From positions 15,270-79,269 of the IMG/VR virus record IMGVR_UViG_3300021963_000086: DNA of 64,000 bases. One strand, given 5' to 3'. The notes below the pieces were generated by a model. It was not told where the DNA came from. It saw nothing but the letters and a program-made list of their open reading frames with translations, and did not search any database. Within the stretch, counting starts at the first letter, position 1, and every line of letters begins with the position of its first letter. The translations under genes were made by a program, and so were the position numbers. Shown here in pieces: positions 29,674 to 39,188 of the stretch. This DNA is from a virus.

Positions 29674-30592
29674 TATTGTATTCATGAGCTTTGACGAGCC
29701 TAATGCCGATTATAACTACGCAGATTTATTGCGTAAGGCCCCATGGGCCAAACGTAGTCACGGAGTTAAAGGATCGGATGCTTGCCATAAGGCCGCGGCC
29801 AAACTTGCAGAAACTAAACGTTTTATAACCATAGATGCAGACAATATTGTTCGCGAGGATTTCTTTAATGCAGAAGTAGATCTAAGTCTGGTAGGAGATA
29901 ATGATGTGATCAGTTGGGCGGGAAAAAATGTAGTTAATGGTTTAGTCTACGGCAACGGTGGTGTTAAGTGCTGGCCGAAGCACGTAGTAGAACAAATGAA
30001 AAGTCATGAAGCCGCAGTTAACGCTAGTAGTCAAGTAGATTTTTGTTGGGACATAAATTATATTCAGATGAATAACGTTTATAGCGATGTTATGAACAAT
30101 GCTAGTCCCTTGCAAGCATGGCGAGCAGGTTTTCGCGAAGGTGTTAAGATGAGTTTAATGGGCGGAGTTACAGTTGATCCGCGTAAACTCAAACATCTAA
30201 TCCATCCTAAGAATCATCAGCGTTTACTAGTTTGGTGTAGTGTAGGCGAAGATGTATTAAACGGCCTATGGGCAATGTACGGCGCACGTCTTGGATGTTA
30301 CTTAACAAACCTAAAGCGTGATACATTTAACTATGTTGATGTACGTGACTTTGATTGGTTAGTTAATTACTTTAACACAGAAGTAATCAATAAGTTTAAA
30401 GCCACAGAAGATCTTCGAGCAGAAACTTATAGACTAGGTACAATTCTACGACAAGAACTCGAGTTGGATATTGCCGACTTAGATTCTCAAGGCAGTAAGT
30501 TTTTCAAGAGTACGTATGTTAATCCTAATAGACTAGGACCTATGATTAGAGAAAGTCAAATTTTAACAGGAGTAGGTGACAATAATGAATAA
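29648..30592 (+). CDS. Glycosyltransferase-like protein (GT-A)
   Basis: 'DIVFMSFDEPNA...HGVKG..ACH.AAA...FITIDADN...NGLVYGNGGVK...AWRAGFREGVK'. Confidence 0.65.
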   Translation: MKVPITEFDIVFMSFDEPNADYNYADLLRKAPWAKRSHGVKGSDACHKAAAKLAETKRFITIDADNIVREDFFNAEVDLSLVGDNDVISWAGKNVVNGLVYGNGGVKCWPKHVVEQMKSHEAAVNASSQVDFCWDINYIQMNNVYSDVMNNASPLQAWRAGFREGVKMSLMGGVTVDPRKLKHLIHPKNHQRLLVWCSVGEDVLNGLWAMYGARLGCYLTNLKRDTFNYVDVRDFDWLVNYFNTEVINKFKATEDLRAETYRLGTILRQELELDIADLDSQGSKFFKSTYVNPNRLGPMIRESQILTGVGDNNE

Positions 30593-31154
30593 CATACCAG
30601 GATACTTAACTAACGGTGATTGTGAAGTTTTACATAAGCTAGCATCTAGCGTTAATAAAAAAGATGCAGTCATTGTAGAAATAGGCAGTTTACATGGAAA
30701 GAGTTCTAGCATTATTTCAAAAGCATGTCCGTTAGGTAAAATATTTTGCATTGACACATGGAGAGGTTTTGACAGTAGTGTTAAGGGTGTTACTAAAGAA
30801 AAAGCCAAGTCTCGAGGATGGCCACTTCCGGGAACAAAAAACACCTATGAATTCTTTGAACAAAATACTAAAGACTGTAAAAATATCACAGCCATGAGAA
30901 CACCTAGTCCGTATGGTCTAGAAGATTTTCATTTACCATGTGATATGGTATTTTTAGATGCCGCACATACTAATCCTAGTGACATTGATAATATTAATTT
31001 TTGGTTGCCTAAAGTCAAGAAGGGCGGCATCTTTGCTGGTCATGACTATAGTGATGAATGGCCTGACGTAAAAGAAAATGTAGAATATCTTAAGTCTAAG
31101 GGATTTAATATTATATTAACCCCCGGATCTTTAGTTTGGTACTTCTATGTATGA
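30585..31154 (+). CDS. Class I SAM methyltransferase (Methyltransf_24-like)
   Basis: 'IVEIGSLHGKS', 'CIDTW', 'DMVFLDAAH', 'KKGGIFAGHDY'. Confidence 0.85.
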   Translation: MNNIPGYLTNGDCEVLHKLASSVNKKDAVIVEIGSLHGKSSSIISKACPLGKIFCIDTWRGFDSSVKGVTKEKAKSRGWPLPGTKNTYEFFEQNTKDCKNITAMRTPSPYGLEDFHLPCDMVFLDAAHTNPSDIDNINFWLPKVKKGGIFAGHDYSDEWPDVKENVEYLKSKGFNIILTPGSLVWYFYV

Positions 31155-31806
31155 CATATTTTTTTTAACGATGGGTGAACGTGATTCTATGATTAACCTT
31201 CTTAGGTTACAAGAAAAATGCTCTCCTATTGTTATTAGAGAAGTTAAAGGTTTTTGGGAAGCACACAAAGCCTGTGCAGATGTTGCACGAACTGATTTCT
31301 TTTATGTTGTAGATGCTGATGCGTGGATAACAGATGAGTTTGAGTTTACTCACAATGTTAAAGAAGAACGTGTACATGTATTTCGTAGTATAAATCCAGT
31401 TAACGGATTAAGATATGGATATGGTGCAGTAAAATTGTTTCCGGTATCTGCATTTGATCTCCCTAAACCGGAAGTAGATATTACAACAAGTTTAGGCGGC
31501 ATAATTCCTATTAATGAAATTAGTAATGAAACAAGATTTAATACAACTGAATACAATACTTGGAGATCTGCTTTTAGAGAATGCGTTAAGTTGTCTGGTA
31601 AGGTAATTGACAATCAAATTGATATAGCTACAAATTATAGGTTAACAATATGGTGCAACATATTCAAACATGTACCATATTATGAACAATGTCTAGCTGG
31701 CGCAAAAAAAGGTAGAGCTTACGGTGAAGCTAATAAAAACAACATTGATGCTTTAAAATTAATAAATGACGAGCAATGGTTACTTGGTCAATATGAAAAA
31801 GTTTAA
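31147..31806 (+). CDS. Glycosyltransferase-like protein, paralog of 29648-30592
   Basis: 'YDIFF...VKG..EAHKACA...FYVVDADA...NGLRYGYGAVK...TWRSAFRECVK'. Confidence 0.65.
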   Translation: MYDIFFLTMGERDSMINLLRLQEKCSPIVIREVKGFWEAHKACADVARTDFFYVVDADAWITDEFEFTHNVKEERVHVFRSINPVNGLRYGYGAVKLFPVSAFDLPKPEVDITTSLGGIIPINEISNETRFNTTEYNTWRSAFRECVKLSGKVIDNQIDIATNYRLTIWCNIFKHVPYYEQCLAGAKKGRAYGEANKNNIDALKLINDEQWLLGQYEKV

Positions 31807-32560
31807 CGCATATCATCTCAGTTGGCTAGCTGAAGAACTACATAAAGCTAAGTTTATTGATGTAAGTAATAGACAGTTCTATAATTGGTATAACAGTATA
31901 AACGATGGCAATCATGATAAACCTCAACCAGAAGTTTATCTATTTGCGGCCTTTGACGAGCTAATGACTATTTGTCCAAATAACCTATTCGGAAGAGTAA
32001 TTAGTTTAGTAGAAGATTATCCTACAGTAAATTGGGTAGATGCTTTTAGTAGGTTTCAAATACGTAGTAAAATAACAGCGGCCAATACGTTGTTGGCAAC
32101 AGAAGCAGAGTTTGGCGACATTTGGATAATGGGGGGTTGGGTAGGAGTGTTACCTATGCTACTAACCGAAAAGTTATATCCTAATAGGTACAATACTATC
32201 GTAAGCTACGACCTAGACAATATCGCTAATCTAGCAGGCGAAAAACTAGTAAATTCTACTCGATACAGCGCAGAATTCAAGGATATCTATGCCTTAGACT
32301 ATACAAACTTTTCAGGTACTGTCGTGAATACTATCTGCGAACATTTAGACAGGTTTGATATTTGGCAAAACCAAATCCCTTCAAACACACTAATGTTACT
32401 CCAAAGCAACAACATGTTTGGAGTAGTTGATGATCATGTTAATTGTGTGAGCAATATGGACGACTTTGTTAGTCGTTTGGATTGTAAAGAAATTATACAT
32501 AAAGAAACAAGCACCTATAACGATCAATACGAACGCTATACGGTGCTTGCTATTAAGTAA
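31793..32560 (+). CDS. Putative SAM-dependent methyltransferase
   Basis: 'IMGGWVG' Gly motif, 'SYDLD', 'VNTICEH', 'LLQSNN'. Confidence 0.55.
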   Translation: MKKFNAYHLSWLAEELHKAKFIDVSNRQFYNWYNSINDGNHDKPQPEVYLFAAFDELMTICPNNLFGRVISLVEDYPTVNWVDAFSRFQIRSKITAANTLLATEAEFGDIWIMGGWVGVLPMLLTEKLYPNRYNTIVSYDLDNIANLAGEKLVNSTRYSAEFKDIYALDYTNFSGTVVNTICEHLDRFDIWQNQIPSNTLMLLQSNNMFGVVDDHVNCVSNMDDFVSRLDCKEIIHKETSTYNDQYERYTVLAIK

Positions 32561-33371
32561 TATCAGAAGTAATGATAATGTCTTGCTCTGGATATAATGC
32601 AACTAGTTCAGCACGTAATGCCTGATCTTCTTCTTGCACATTTTCAAAACCGTTGAACTTAACTCTAGGTGCAATGCCTAGATAGTGTTGATAGAAATCT
32701 GCCTTACGGTCTTTACTTGACTGCCCGTAGTTCATGGTAGGCCAAAACTCGTCATTGATCCACGCCTCAAAAACTGATTTGTCTAATTGGAAAGGTAGTG
32801 CATTACCGTCAATACCTCTGAGTCTGCGATAAATTTCTACGCTAAAGTGCATTGGTTTTTCAGTCAGTTCTACAATGTCACCTGCTTGACCTTTAAACTT
32901 TAGTTCCGGCTCACCAATACAAAGCATAGGATAACCAAACGGCAACATAGCCTCCATCATCTTCATGTATACAAGATATTGTGGACTTGTACAACGTGTC
33001 ATTTCGGCTATTTCTAAACTATGGTTTTTTTGTTCTACCCAAAGACCCACAGGATCAAAACTAATTACTCTAGGATAATATCCATGTGTCTCGCACCACT
33101 CAACTGCATGATGTGTATCGTGCTGGTTCTTACCTGCATAATCAAAGATTATCGGAGTAAAAGGTCTACCCATATTATGCAAAATTGTAGCAACTGCTTC
33201 GCTATCTATTCCGCCACTAAGTGCAAGAACAATATTAAAAGGAGTAACATTGCCTAGGTATGTTTCCATAGCCGTTATCCAATTGGGACTGTTGTTTGTG
33301 CGCTCTAAATTATACTCTAGAGTAGCACCAAAATCACTTACTTTAAGATGATCTAATTCAAAGTTAATCAT
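32553..33371 (-). CDS. PP-loop (adenine nucleotide alpha-hydrolase) enzyme
   Basis: 'LALSGGIDSE'; C-terminal 'PRVKFNGFE' parallels 'ARPKYHGYE' of 36439-37377. Confidence 0.75.
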   Translation of the reverse strand: MINFELDHLKVSDFGATLEYNLERTNNSPNWITAMETYLGNVTPFNIVLALSGGIDSEAVATILHNMGRPFTPIIFDYAGKNQHDTHHAVEWCETHGYYPRVISFDPVGLWVEQKNHSLEIAEMTRCTSPQYLVYMKMMEAMLPFGYPMLCIGEPELKFKGQAGDIVELTEKPMHFSVEIYRRLRGIDGNALPFQLDKSVFEAWINDEFWPTMNYGQSSKDRKADFYQHYLGIAPRVKFNGFENVQEEDQALRAELVALYPEQDIIITSDIT

Positions 33372-34437
33372 TTATTAAATTCTCCAAGTTCACTGTTTTG
33401 TGGAATTTAAAATCGTCTGTAATAAAATTACTAACATATTTAAACCTAACCATATCGGGTAAACTGGGGACTTTAGTTTTACTAGTGTAGTATGCGCGAT
33501 TACGATCAAACTCATAAATCAGCTCTTTTGCTACCCACTTGTAACTAGCCCAGTCTTTTGCAACTTTTTTATCAGGGTTGCTTACAGACCATTGTTGCCA
33601 AAGCCCAGTATTCCAGAAATGTATTAAACTACTATTTACCCATTCATGAGTCAGCTCAACGCCCGGACAAGCATGACTTAGGATACGGAATTCTACAGCT
33701 TGCCATTTCATAGTAAAGTTAATCCACCACATGTAATCGTGTAAACTCTTAATCCCGTTAGGGTTTAGCTTCATAACGGGCTCCATACGGGACATCATCA
33801 TTTCTGCTTCTTCCTTGCTACCTAATTTTTGTGTAAAAAACTCTAGTGCAGGATCCTTATAAGGTACGTGGACTAGATCTTTATTACCTAAGCGATCCAT
33901 GGCCATACCTAAAGTTAAACTGCCAAACACGTTGTCAGCCATTTCCCCCGTAAGTACAATATGATCTTCTGTTAAGTACTTTTCAAAACTGTTACTACTA
34001 GCCATGCGGAAGCGGGTAATATATTTTTTGTAGAACTCGGGGTTCTCTGCAATACTAGCTTCGTTTAAGATTACTAAGGTACGATCAAATAAGTCTTGAT
34101 TGCCTAACTGCATCAAAAGTACCATCAGTAAAGTACTGTCAATGCCTCCGCTATACATGACTACAAATTGTTTGTTAGGATTGTCTTTAACATAAGCAAT
34201 TATCTCTAGCATACGCTGATTGCAAATTTCTTCAAACGTTTTATCAGTCCATAAGCTAGCAGGCATAGGAAATAAATTCTTAATCTTAACAGGCCATTTG
34301 ATAGTACCAGTCCTGTCGTACAAGCTAATGCTAGGATTGAACATTCGTTTGAAAGGCTCAGTTGACTTTAACTGAGGATATTGTTCTAGATTGTCCTTGC
34401 TATAAAGGTCAATGGGATTATAATACAGCAGGCTCAT
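33364..34437 (-). CDS. Asparagine-synthetase C-terminal-like PP-loop enzyme, no glutaminase domain
   Basis: 'VMYSGGIDST' and 'LTGEMADNVFG' (cf. AsnB SGEGADELFG); 'K..AKELIY'. Confidence 0.75.
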   Translation of the reverse strand: MSLLYYNPIDLYSKDNLEQYPQLKSTEPFKRMFNPSISLYDRTGTIKWPVKIKNLFPMPASLWTDKTFEEICNQRMLEIIAYVKDNPNKQFVVMYSGGIDSTLLMVLLMQLGNQDLFDRTLVILNEASIAENPEFYKKYITRFRMASSNSFEKYLTEDHIVLTGEMADNVFGSLTLGMAMDRLGNKDLVHVPYKDPALEFFTQKLGSKEEAEMMMSRMEPVMKLNPNGIKSLHDYMWWINFTMKWQAVEFRILSHACPGVELTHEWVNSSLIHFWNTGLWQQWSVSNPDKKVAKDWASYKWVAKELIYEFDRNRAYYTSKTKVPSLPDMVRFKYVSNFITDDFKFHKTVNLENLIND

Positions 34438-35054
34438 AGTAATACGTTTAACCAGCTTTCTCTGTGCATACGATCTTTAATCTCTTTGATCTCTTCTAGA
34501 GAGGTACATTTACGCAAGTCACGTAAGTATTGCATACGAAGACGTTCGGTGTTAGCATAGGTATCTCTAGTTAATTCAGCTTTGAATAGAATTTGATCGG
34601 CGGCCTGAGTTAATGTACAAGATGCAAATTCTGCGTAGTCTTTTACCATTTGGCAGTCTTCAGTTGATCCATTACGAACTAATCGTGCTTGCCTTTCTTT
34701 TTCTAAGTAAACAAGATCTTGTTGATTAACAACTGGACTAATACGTACACGAGCATAGTTAATAATACTAAGAATATCATAATACGCCCATAGTTTGTTT
34801 TGCATTAATAAACTTCTATCTTTAACTGCATCGTTGTTGGCCTTAACAAGATTGTTTTGCATTAGGCTAGGCTTATAAGACCAATTCCACGGATGTGCTT
34901 TTAAGTCTGCAACATCTGCATCACTTAATTCGTGTACTCCGAGTACCAGCTGGCAATCGCATTCGCTCTCTACTAGCCAAAGTAAATGTTTACGTTCAGG
35001 TGTTACTGATAGTACTCTATACTCTGTGTCTACTATTAAAGGTTGATATTTCAT
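34434..35054 (-). CDS. Hypothetical protein; C-terminus resembles tail-fibre assembly chaperones
   Basis: 'Q..VY.EK..QA...YA....TL..AA..I...A...ER.R......TSLEEI' helical pattern. Confidence 0.45.
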   Translation of the reverse strand: MKYQPLIVDTEYRVLSVTPERKHLLWLVESECDCQLVLGVHELSDADVADLKAHPWNWSYKPSLMQNNLVKANNDAVKDRSLLMQNKLWAYYDILSIINYARVRISPVVNQQDLVYLEKERQARLVRNGSTEDCQMVKDYAEFASCTLTQAADQILFKAELTRDTYANTERLRMQYLRDLRKCTSLEEIKEIKDRMHRESWLNVLL

Positions 35055-35830
35055 TTTAGAAAAGGTTTAAAAATTTTACAAGGATCAAATTCCCACCACT
35101 TGCCACTTACACCTGTTCCAAAGTCAAACGAACGAGGTGCTTGATGATGATTGTTATGCCATCCTTGCCCCCACGCAAAGTAACCTAGTAAAGGAACATT
35201 TTGACTCCAATCTTTAGTTTCAAAGTTTCTATAACCTGCAGGTGTAGCCCAGTGCCCATACAAGTCTACTAGGTTTTCTTGATGCTGTGCCCAGGTCATG
35301 GACATAATAAAACCGTACAAGGCCAACTTCCAACTAAGCAATGCAACGACTACTAATGTACCCCAAATAATTTTATCATAATGTTTGTGACAGAACACTT
35401 GAAATTGATCTCGCAGTAGGTCAACAGAATATTTCATATTAACATCAGATGGTTTAAGTTTAGTCATCCATCCCATATAGGCATTCCACTTACCGTGATA
35501 GGGACTATGAAAGTCTTTTTCTGTATCAGCATGTGGATGATGATAACCTCTGTGCATTGCACACCAAAAGATAGCACTACCTTGGCAACCAAACATACCT
35601 AGTACAGTAAGTATCTTTTGTTTCCATAACGGAACTTCTAATGCTTTGTGACTTAGAACTCTATGATAGCCTATTGCTACACCTAAGCCACTGAACAAAG
35701 TCCAACAGATTAGTGTAGCCCATAACCATACATAGTCTCCTAAGCTGATCATTGTTATTAGTGCAACAACAAACAACACATGAACAGGTATGGTAATACG
35801 TTGTACGTGTTGCGGAATATTTTTAATCAT
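35051..35830 (-). CDS. Membrane fatty-acid desaturase (Delta-9/OLE1/DesC-like)
   Basis: Three His boxes (HRVLSH, HRGYHH, WHNNHH), 'D.EKDFHSP', TM segments, 'WWEFDP'. Confidence 0.9.
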   Translation of the reverse strand: MIKNIPQHVQRITIPVHVLFVVALITMISLGDYVWLWATLICWTLFSGLGVAIGYHRVLSHKALEVPLWKQKILTVLGMFGCQGSAIFWCAMHRGYHHPHADTEKDFHSPYHGKWNAYMGWMTKLKPSDVNMKYSVDLLRDQFQVFCHKHYDKIIWGTLVVVALLSWKLALYGFIMSMTWAQHQENLVDLYGHWATPAGYRNFETKDWSQNVPLLGYFAWGQGWHNNHHQAPRSFDFGTGVSGKWWEFDPCKIFKPFLK

Positions 35831-36446
35831 TCTTATATCCAGGTTTATATAATTGTTTTAAAACACTAACATCTGGTCTGTGTTCTTGACGCAAAATATG
35901 ATGACGAATCACCATATCAGTAGGCCATAATGTGCTTTTCATCATTACAACCCAAAATTCATCGTATGCTGGTCTTTTTAACGCAGGCACTACATGGTCA
36001 AAGTTAATGTCATACCGCTTGCGCTCAGGGACTAGCTTACCCCAAATTCTTTCATGTGCTTTTATGTACTGAGTAGGGATACTGCTATAATACTCAAATA
36101 GGTATTTACTCTCAGCAAAGTTAATAGCATGACTCATTAAGTCAGCAATACCCTTCATTGGCACACTCGACGAAACACCTGCATCGCTTACAACTTTTTG
36201 TAAGTACCATACAGGACGCATAGTACTTAACTGTATGTTCAGATAACTAATTAAGTTTCCGTTATCAAAATATCCCCAGCAAAGATATGTTGGATTGCTT
36301 TCTTCCAAATACAAATGACTAAAGTTGCTTTCGCTCCAAAAATGATCAGCGCCGGCCTGACTCGTAGTTACACCTGCGTGTTTATCATGACTGATAGTGA
36401 TACGCTTTAGGTCTTCTTTATATTCTTTGCCTAGTAATTTAATCAT
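35823..36446 (-). CDS. Divergent GNAT-fold-like protein
   Basis: 'CWGYFDNGNLISY...WYLQKVVS...GIADLMSHAINFAE' GNAT-like topology. Confidence 0.45.
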   Translation of the reverse strand: MIKLLGKEYKEDLKRITISHDKHAGVTTSQAGADHFWSESNFSHLYLEESNPTYLCWGYFDNGNLISYLNIQLSTMRPVWYLQKVVSDAGVSSSVPMKGIADLMSHAINFAESKYLFEYYSSIPTQYIKAHERIWGKLVPERKRYDINFDHVVPALKRPAYDEFWVVMMKSTLWPTDMVIRHHILRQEHRPDVSVLKQLYKPGYKND

Positions 36447-37377
36447 GTCTAAGTCTTTTAATCAATTCTGAATATTCTGTTTTTAGTATAACATCATGTT
36501 GTACGTCATTACAGTCACCTAAGTCTAGATAAACTTTGTTGTTTAAGTGCATTACGTTTTCATAACCGTGGTATTTTGGTCGTGCTTCAAAATTAAAATA
36601 CTTTGCATAAACATTTGGCTTAGTACTTAATAATCCGTATTTGTAGTCTATGCGATCGTTTACTAAATCTTGTACTAACGGGTCAATTAAGTAACTTAAC
36701 ATCAGCTCTGGAGTATAACTAAAGAACTCGCTAATAACTGTTTTGTTTGTTTTTAGCGAATATTTAAAATAACTCATATCGTTATCTTCTCTAACATAGT
36801 GATACCATTTATAATTGTAGGTAGAACTATTAGTTGCATAAAACTCTTTTATGTCTACTTCTCGACTCATGAAAATCTCACCGCCTAAAATGTAAATGTC
36901 ATCTTTAGGCAATGTGTCAAGTGCTTTCATGATGATCATCATTGCTAGTTGTTTGACTTGATACTCTCGATGGTAATAAAAATGTAGACCTTTGGCTACG
37001 AAGTCGGCCGGATCTATATAAAGAATTTGATATGGTATTTTATTAGCTTGACAGTATCGGTGTGCGTATTGTGTATCATGTTGGTTGACTCCCATGTCAA
37101 CAATAATACAATCAAAAGGAATACCTGCACGTTGAAAAGCCATGACAACGATTTCGCTGTCAATGCCGCCGCTGTATAGTATACGTATTCTTTGTCCTGG
37201 TCTAGTCTTACTGAAAATTAGTCTAGCCGCACGTTCACACTCGAAATCCCATGATCCTATCGGACCTGCACACCTACCCACTTTAAAGGAAAATATGTCG
37301 TTAGAAGATTTCCTATATGTAAAAGGTTGACCGTTATATAAAAATTGATAGTGGTTTTTGTAAGTGAGTTCTGTCAT
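36439..37377 (-). CDS. PP-loop enzyme, paralog of 32553-33371
   Basis: 'ILYSGGIDSE', 'NQHDTQYA..YC' (cf. NQHDTHHA..WC); start re-assigned to MTELTYK downstream of TAAATA. Confidence 0.75.
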   Translation of the reverse strand: MTELTYKNHYQFLYNGQPFTYRKSSNDIFSFKVGRCAGPIGSWDFECERAARLIFSKTRPGQRIRILYSGGIDSEIVVMAFQRAGIPFDCIIVDMGVNQHDTQYAHRYCQANKIPYQILYIDPADFVAKGLHFYYHREYQVKQLAMMIIMKALDTLPKDDIYILGGEIFMSREVDIKEFYATNSSTYNYKWYHYVREDNDMSYFKYSLKTNKTVISEFFSYTPELMLSYLIDPLVQDLVNDRIDYKYGLLSTKPNVYAKYFNFEARPKYHGYENVMHLNNKVYLDLGDCNDVQHDVILKTEYSELIKRLRHD

Positions 37378-37385
37378 TATGTAGG

Positions 37386-37391
37386 TATTTA
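37386..37391 (-). promoter_or_regulatory. Putative late promoter (TAAATA)
   Basis: TAAATA 8 bp upstream of the ATG at 37377; geometry similar to 11213. Confidence 0.45.
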
Positions 37392-37847
37392 TTTCAGCTT
37401 CATACTGGCATAACAATTAGGACCAAACTCCATGTCCTTGTCAAACCAATCTGATGTTTGTATAAATCCTACACTTTGATAAGCTGGCAAGGCAGATTGC
37501 CTTGGTACTGTCCATATATGGCTAGCATTCCAATCCTTTGCTTGAAAGATAGAATTTTCTAGCACGATTCTTGCATAACCTTTATTACGGTATAATGGAT
37601 CTACCCATAGGCCTCGACTTCTAGCAGAACCATCTGCACACATAACAACGCTATTAATTGCAACTATATCATTGTTATTACGTATAGAAAAGAAAGCAGG
37701 TACGAACTGCTGGTTTTGCATATCGTACCCGCCAAGATAACGCATTGCACTAGTAGGTTCAATCTTTGACTTGCGTCCTGGCCAAAGTTTGTCTTGCCAT
37801 ACACGGAATGTTTCTTCCCATGTAGCAGGTCCTACTAGTAAGTTCAT
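37389..37847 (-). CDS. GNAT acetyltransferase
   Basis: 'RSRGLWVDPLYRNKGYA', 'A..AYQSVGF'. Confidence 0.85.
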   Translation of the reverse strand: MNLLVGPATWEETFRVWQDKLWPGRKSKIEPTSAMRYLGGYDMQNQQFVPAFFSIRNNNDIVAINSVVMCADGSARSRGLWVDPLYRNKGYARIVLENSIFQAKDWNASHIWTVPRQSALPAYQSVGFIQTSDWFDKDMEFGPNCYASMKLK

Positions 37848-38725
37848 AGATCCAATTTAGACTTAAACTCTGTTAGTTCACGTTTGCTTAGGCCAAATAC
37901 CTTTGCTACGTTTTCTTCACTACGTTGGTCATTTACTAAATCATTCCATTTGTTTGCACTAATTAGTCGCTTAACAAGATCAATTTCCATACGACTTAAA
38001 CGCATACAGTTTTGTTGATAGTCTTCGAATGCCTGACATACTTCCGGGAATAAAGGCTTTGCCAATTCATACATAGCATTAGCGTACTCTTGGATTTCCC
38101 ATTGGGCATGGCTATCGGCACGTAGTCGAATCATGTGGAGGAAGTTTTTGAGGTTTGCTTTCCAGTAGAGTTCTGTATAGCCGCCCACTGGGAGTACGCT
38201 TCTGGACAGTTCGCGAGTAAGGCCAGTCCCATCCTTTCCCAAAAGCTCGGTGTATTCTTTATAAGCATTGAAAAAGCTTCGTTGGAATGCGTGTTGCACT
38301 CCTCTACGTTCTTCGAATCCCCAGTCATTATCCTCTCTCCCTTGTTTATTAGTAGAACTTTGCTGTTGAATTTGTTCTAGTTCGGGAATATAAAATTCAT
38401 CTGTCATAACAGAGTAACGAGCAGAGTATTCGTTCATACTAGCAGTACGATGACGGACTAACTGACGCATAACAAAGATAGGTAACTTAATGTGAAACTT
38501 TACTTCACACATTTCAATAGGAGTAGTATGTTCGTGGCGTACTAGGTAACGTATTAGATTGCGGTCATCTTGTACTTGTTTAGTACCTGCACCGTAACTA
38601 ACACGAGCGGCCTGCACAACCGCCGCATCACTACCCATATGATCAATGAGTCCAACGAACCCGTGATCTAATACAGGAACATAGTTCTTATCTTGTTCAA
38701 AATTAATTTCACTTCTTTTTGTCAT
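37844..38725 (-). CDS. thyX: Flavin-dependent thymidylate synthase
   Basis: 'AARVSY', 'RQLVRHRTASMNEYSARY', 'LR...HAQWEI'. Confidence 0.95.
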   Translation of the reverse strand: MTKRSEINFEQDKNYVPVLDHGFVGLIDHMGSDAAVVQAARVSYGAGTKQVQDDRNLIRYLVRHEHTTPIEMCEVKFHIKLPIFVMRQLVRHRTASMNEYSARYSVMTDEFYIPELEQIQQQSSTNKQGREDNDWGFEERRGVQHAFQRSFFNAYKEYTELLGKDGTGLTRELSRSVLPVGGYTELYWKANLKNFLHMIRLRADSHAQWEIQEYANAMYELAKPLFPEVCQAFEDYQQNCMRLSRMEIDLVKRLISANKWNDLVNDQRSEENVAKVFGLSKRELTEFKSKLDL

Positions 38726-39044
38726 TACGTTTGCCTTTTGTGGGTGTGTCGTTTAAGTGTTTTTCTAATAGGGCCGATACAAATCCTGCAACGTTTTCTT
38801 TTAGCTTTTTACTGTCCATAGTAATCTGTACGTCTGCAATCATTTTAGAATATTCTTCTAGCCCTTTACGTGCTAAAAGATTTTTAACATTGTCCATGTC
38901 TGTTATTTCTGTTGCTTCAAAAGTCAACGTTCTACCGTCGTGTAGCACTACTGTAATTTCGGAGATGTACTGCACAGGGACTTCGTTCATAATAACATCA
39001 TTAAGGATGTCGTCGAAGCTACGATCTTTTTTTCTTATTGGCAT
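38709..39044 (-). CDS. Conserved hypothetical protein
   Basis: 111-aa ORF overlapping the thyX start. Confidence 0.7.
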   Translation of the reverse strand: MPIRKKDRSFDDILNDVIMNEVPVQYISEITVVLHDGRTLTFEATEITDMDNVKNLLARKGLEEYSKMIADVQITMDSKKLKENVAGFVSALLEKHLNDTPTKGKRNDKKK

Positions 39045-39131
39045 GATTTTATCTTTATGTTATATCGAAGATCTTTTCGTACAAGTACTTAGTACAATTG
39101 GTAACCATAACTTCATATTATCTGATGTGAC

Positions 39132-39162
39132 AAAAAATGACAGCAACATCGTCACTGTCATT
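39132..39162 (-). terminator. Intrinsic terminator
   Basis: AATGACAGTGAC-GAT-GTTGCTGTCATT hairpin followed by a T-run on the minus strand. Confidence 0.7.
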
Positions 39163-39188
39163 ATATTTTAACTTCTTATAAAATTTTG

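Noticed and set aside
32553-37377. PP-loop genes as queC completing the preQ0 pathway
   Set aside because: They lack the QueC C-terminal Cys/Zn motif and lie about 17 kb from queE in a different context.
39060-39161. 33-aa minus-strand ORF as a lasso/RiPP precursor for the PP-loop enzymes
   Set aside because: Overlaps a terminator hairpin, has no RBS or lasso leader/core pattern, and no B1/B2 proteins are visible.
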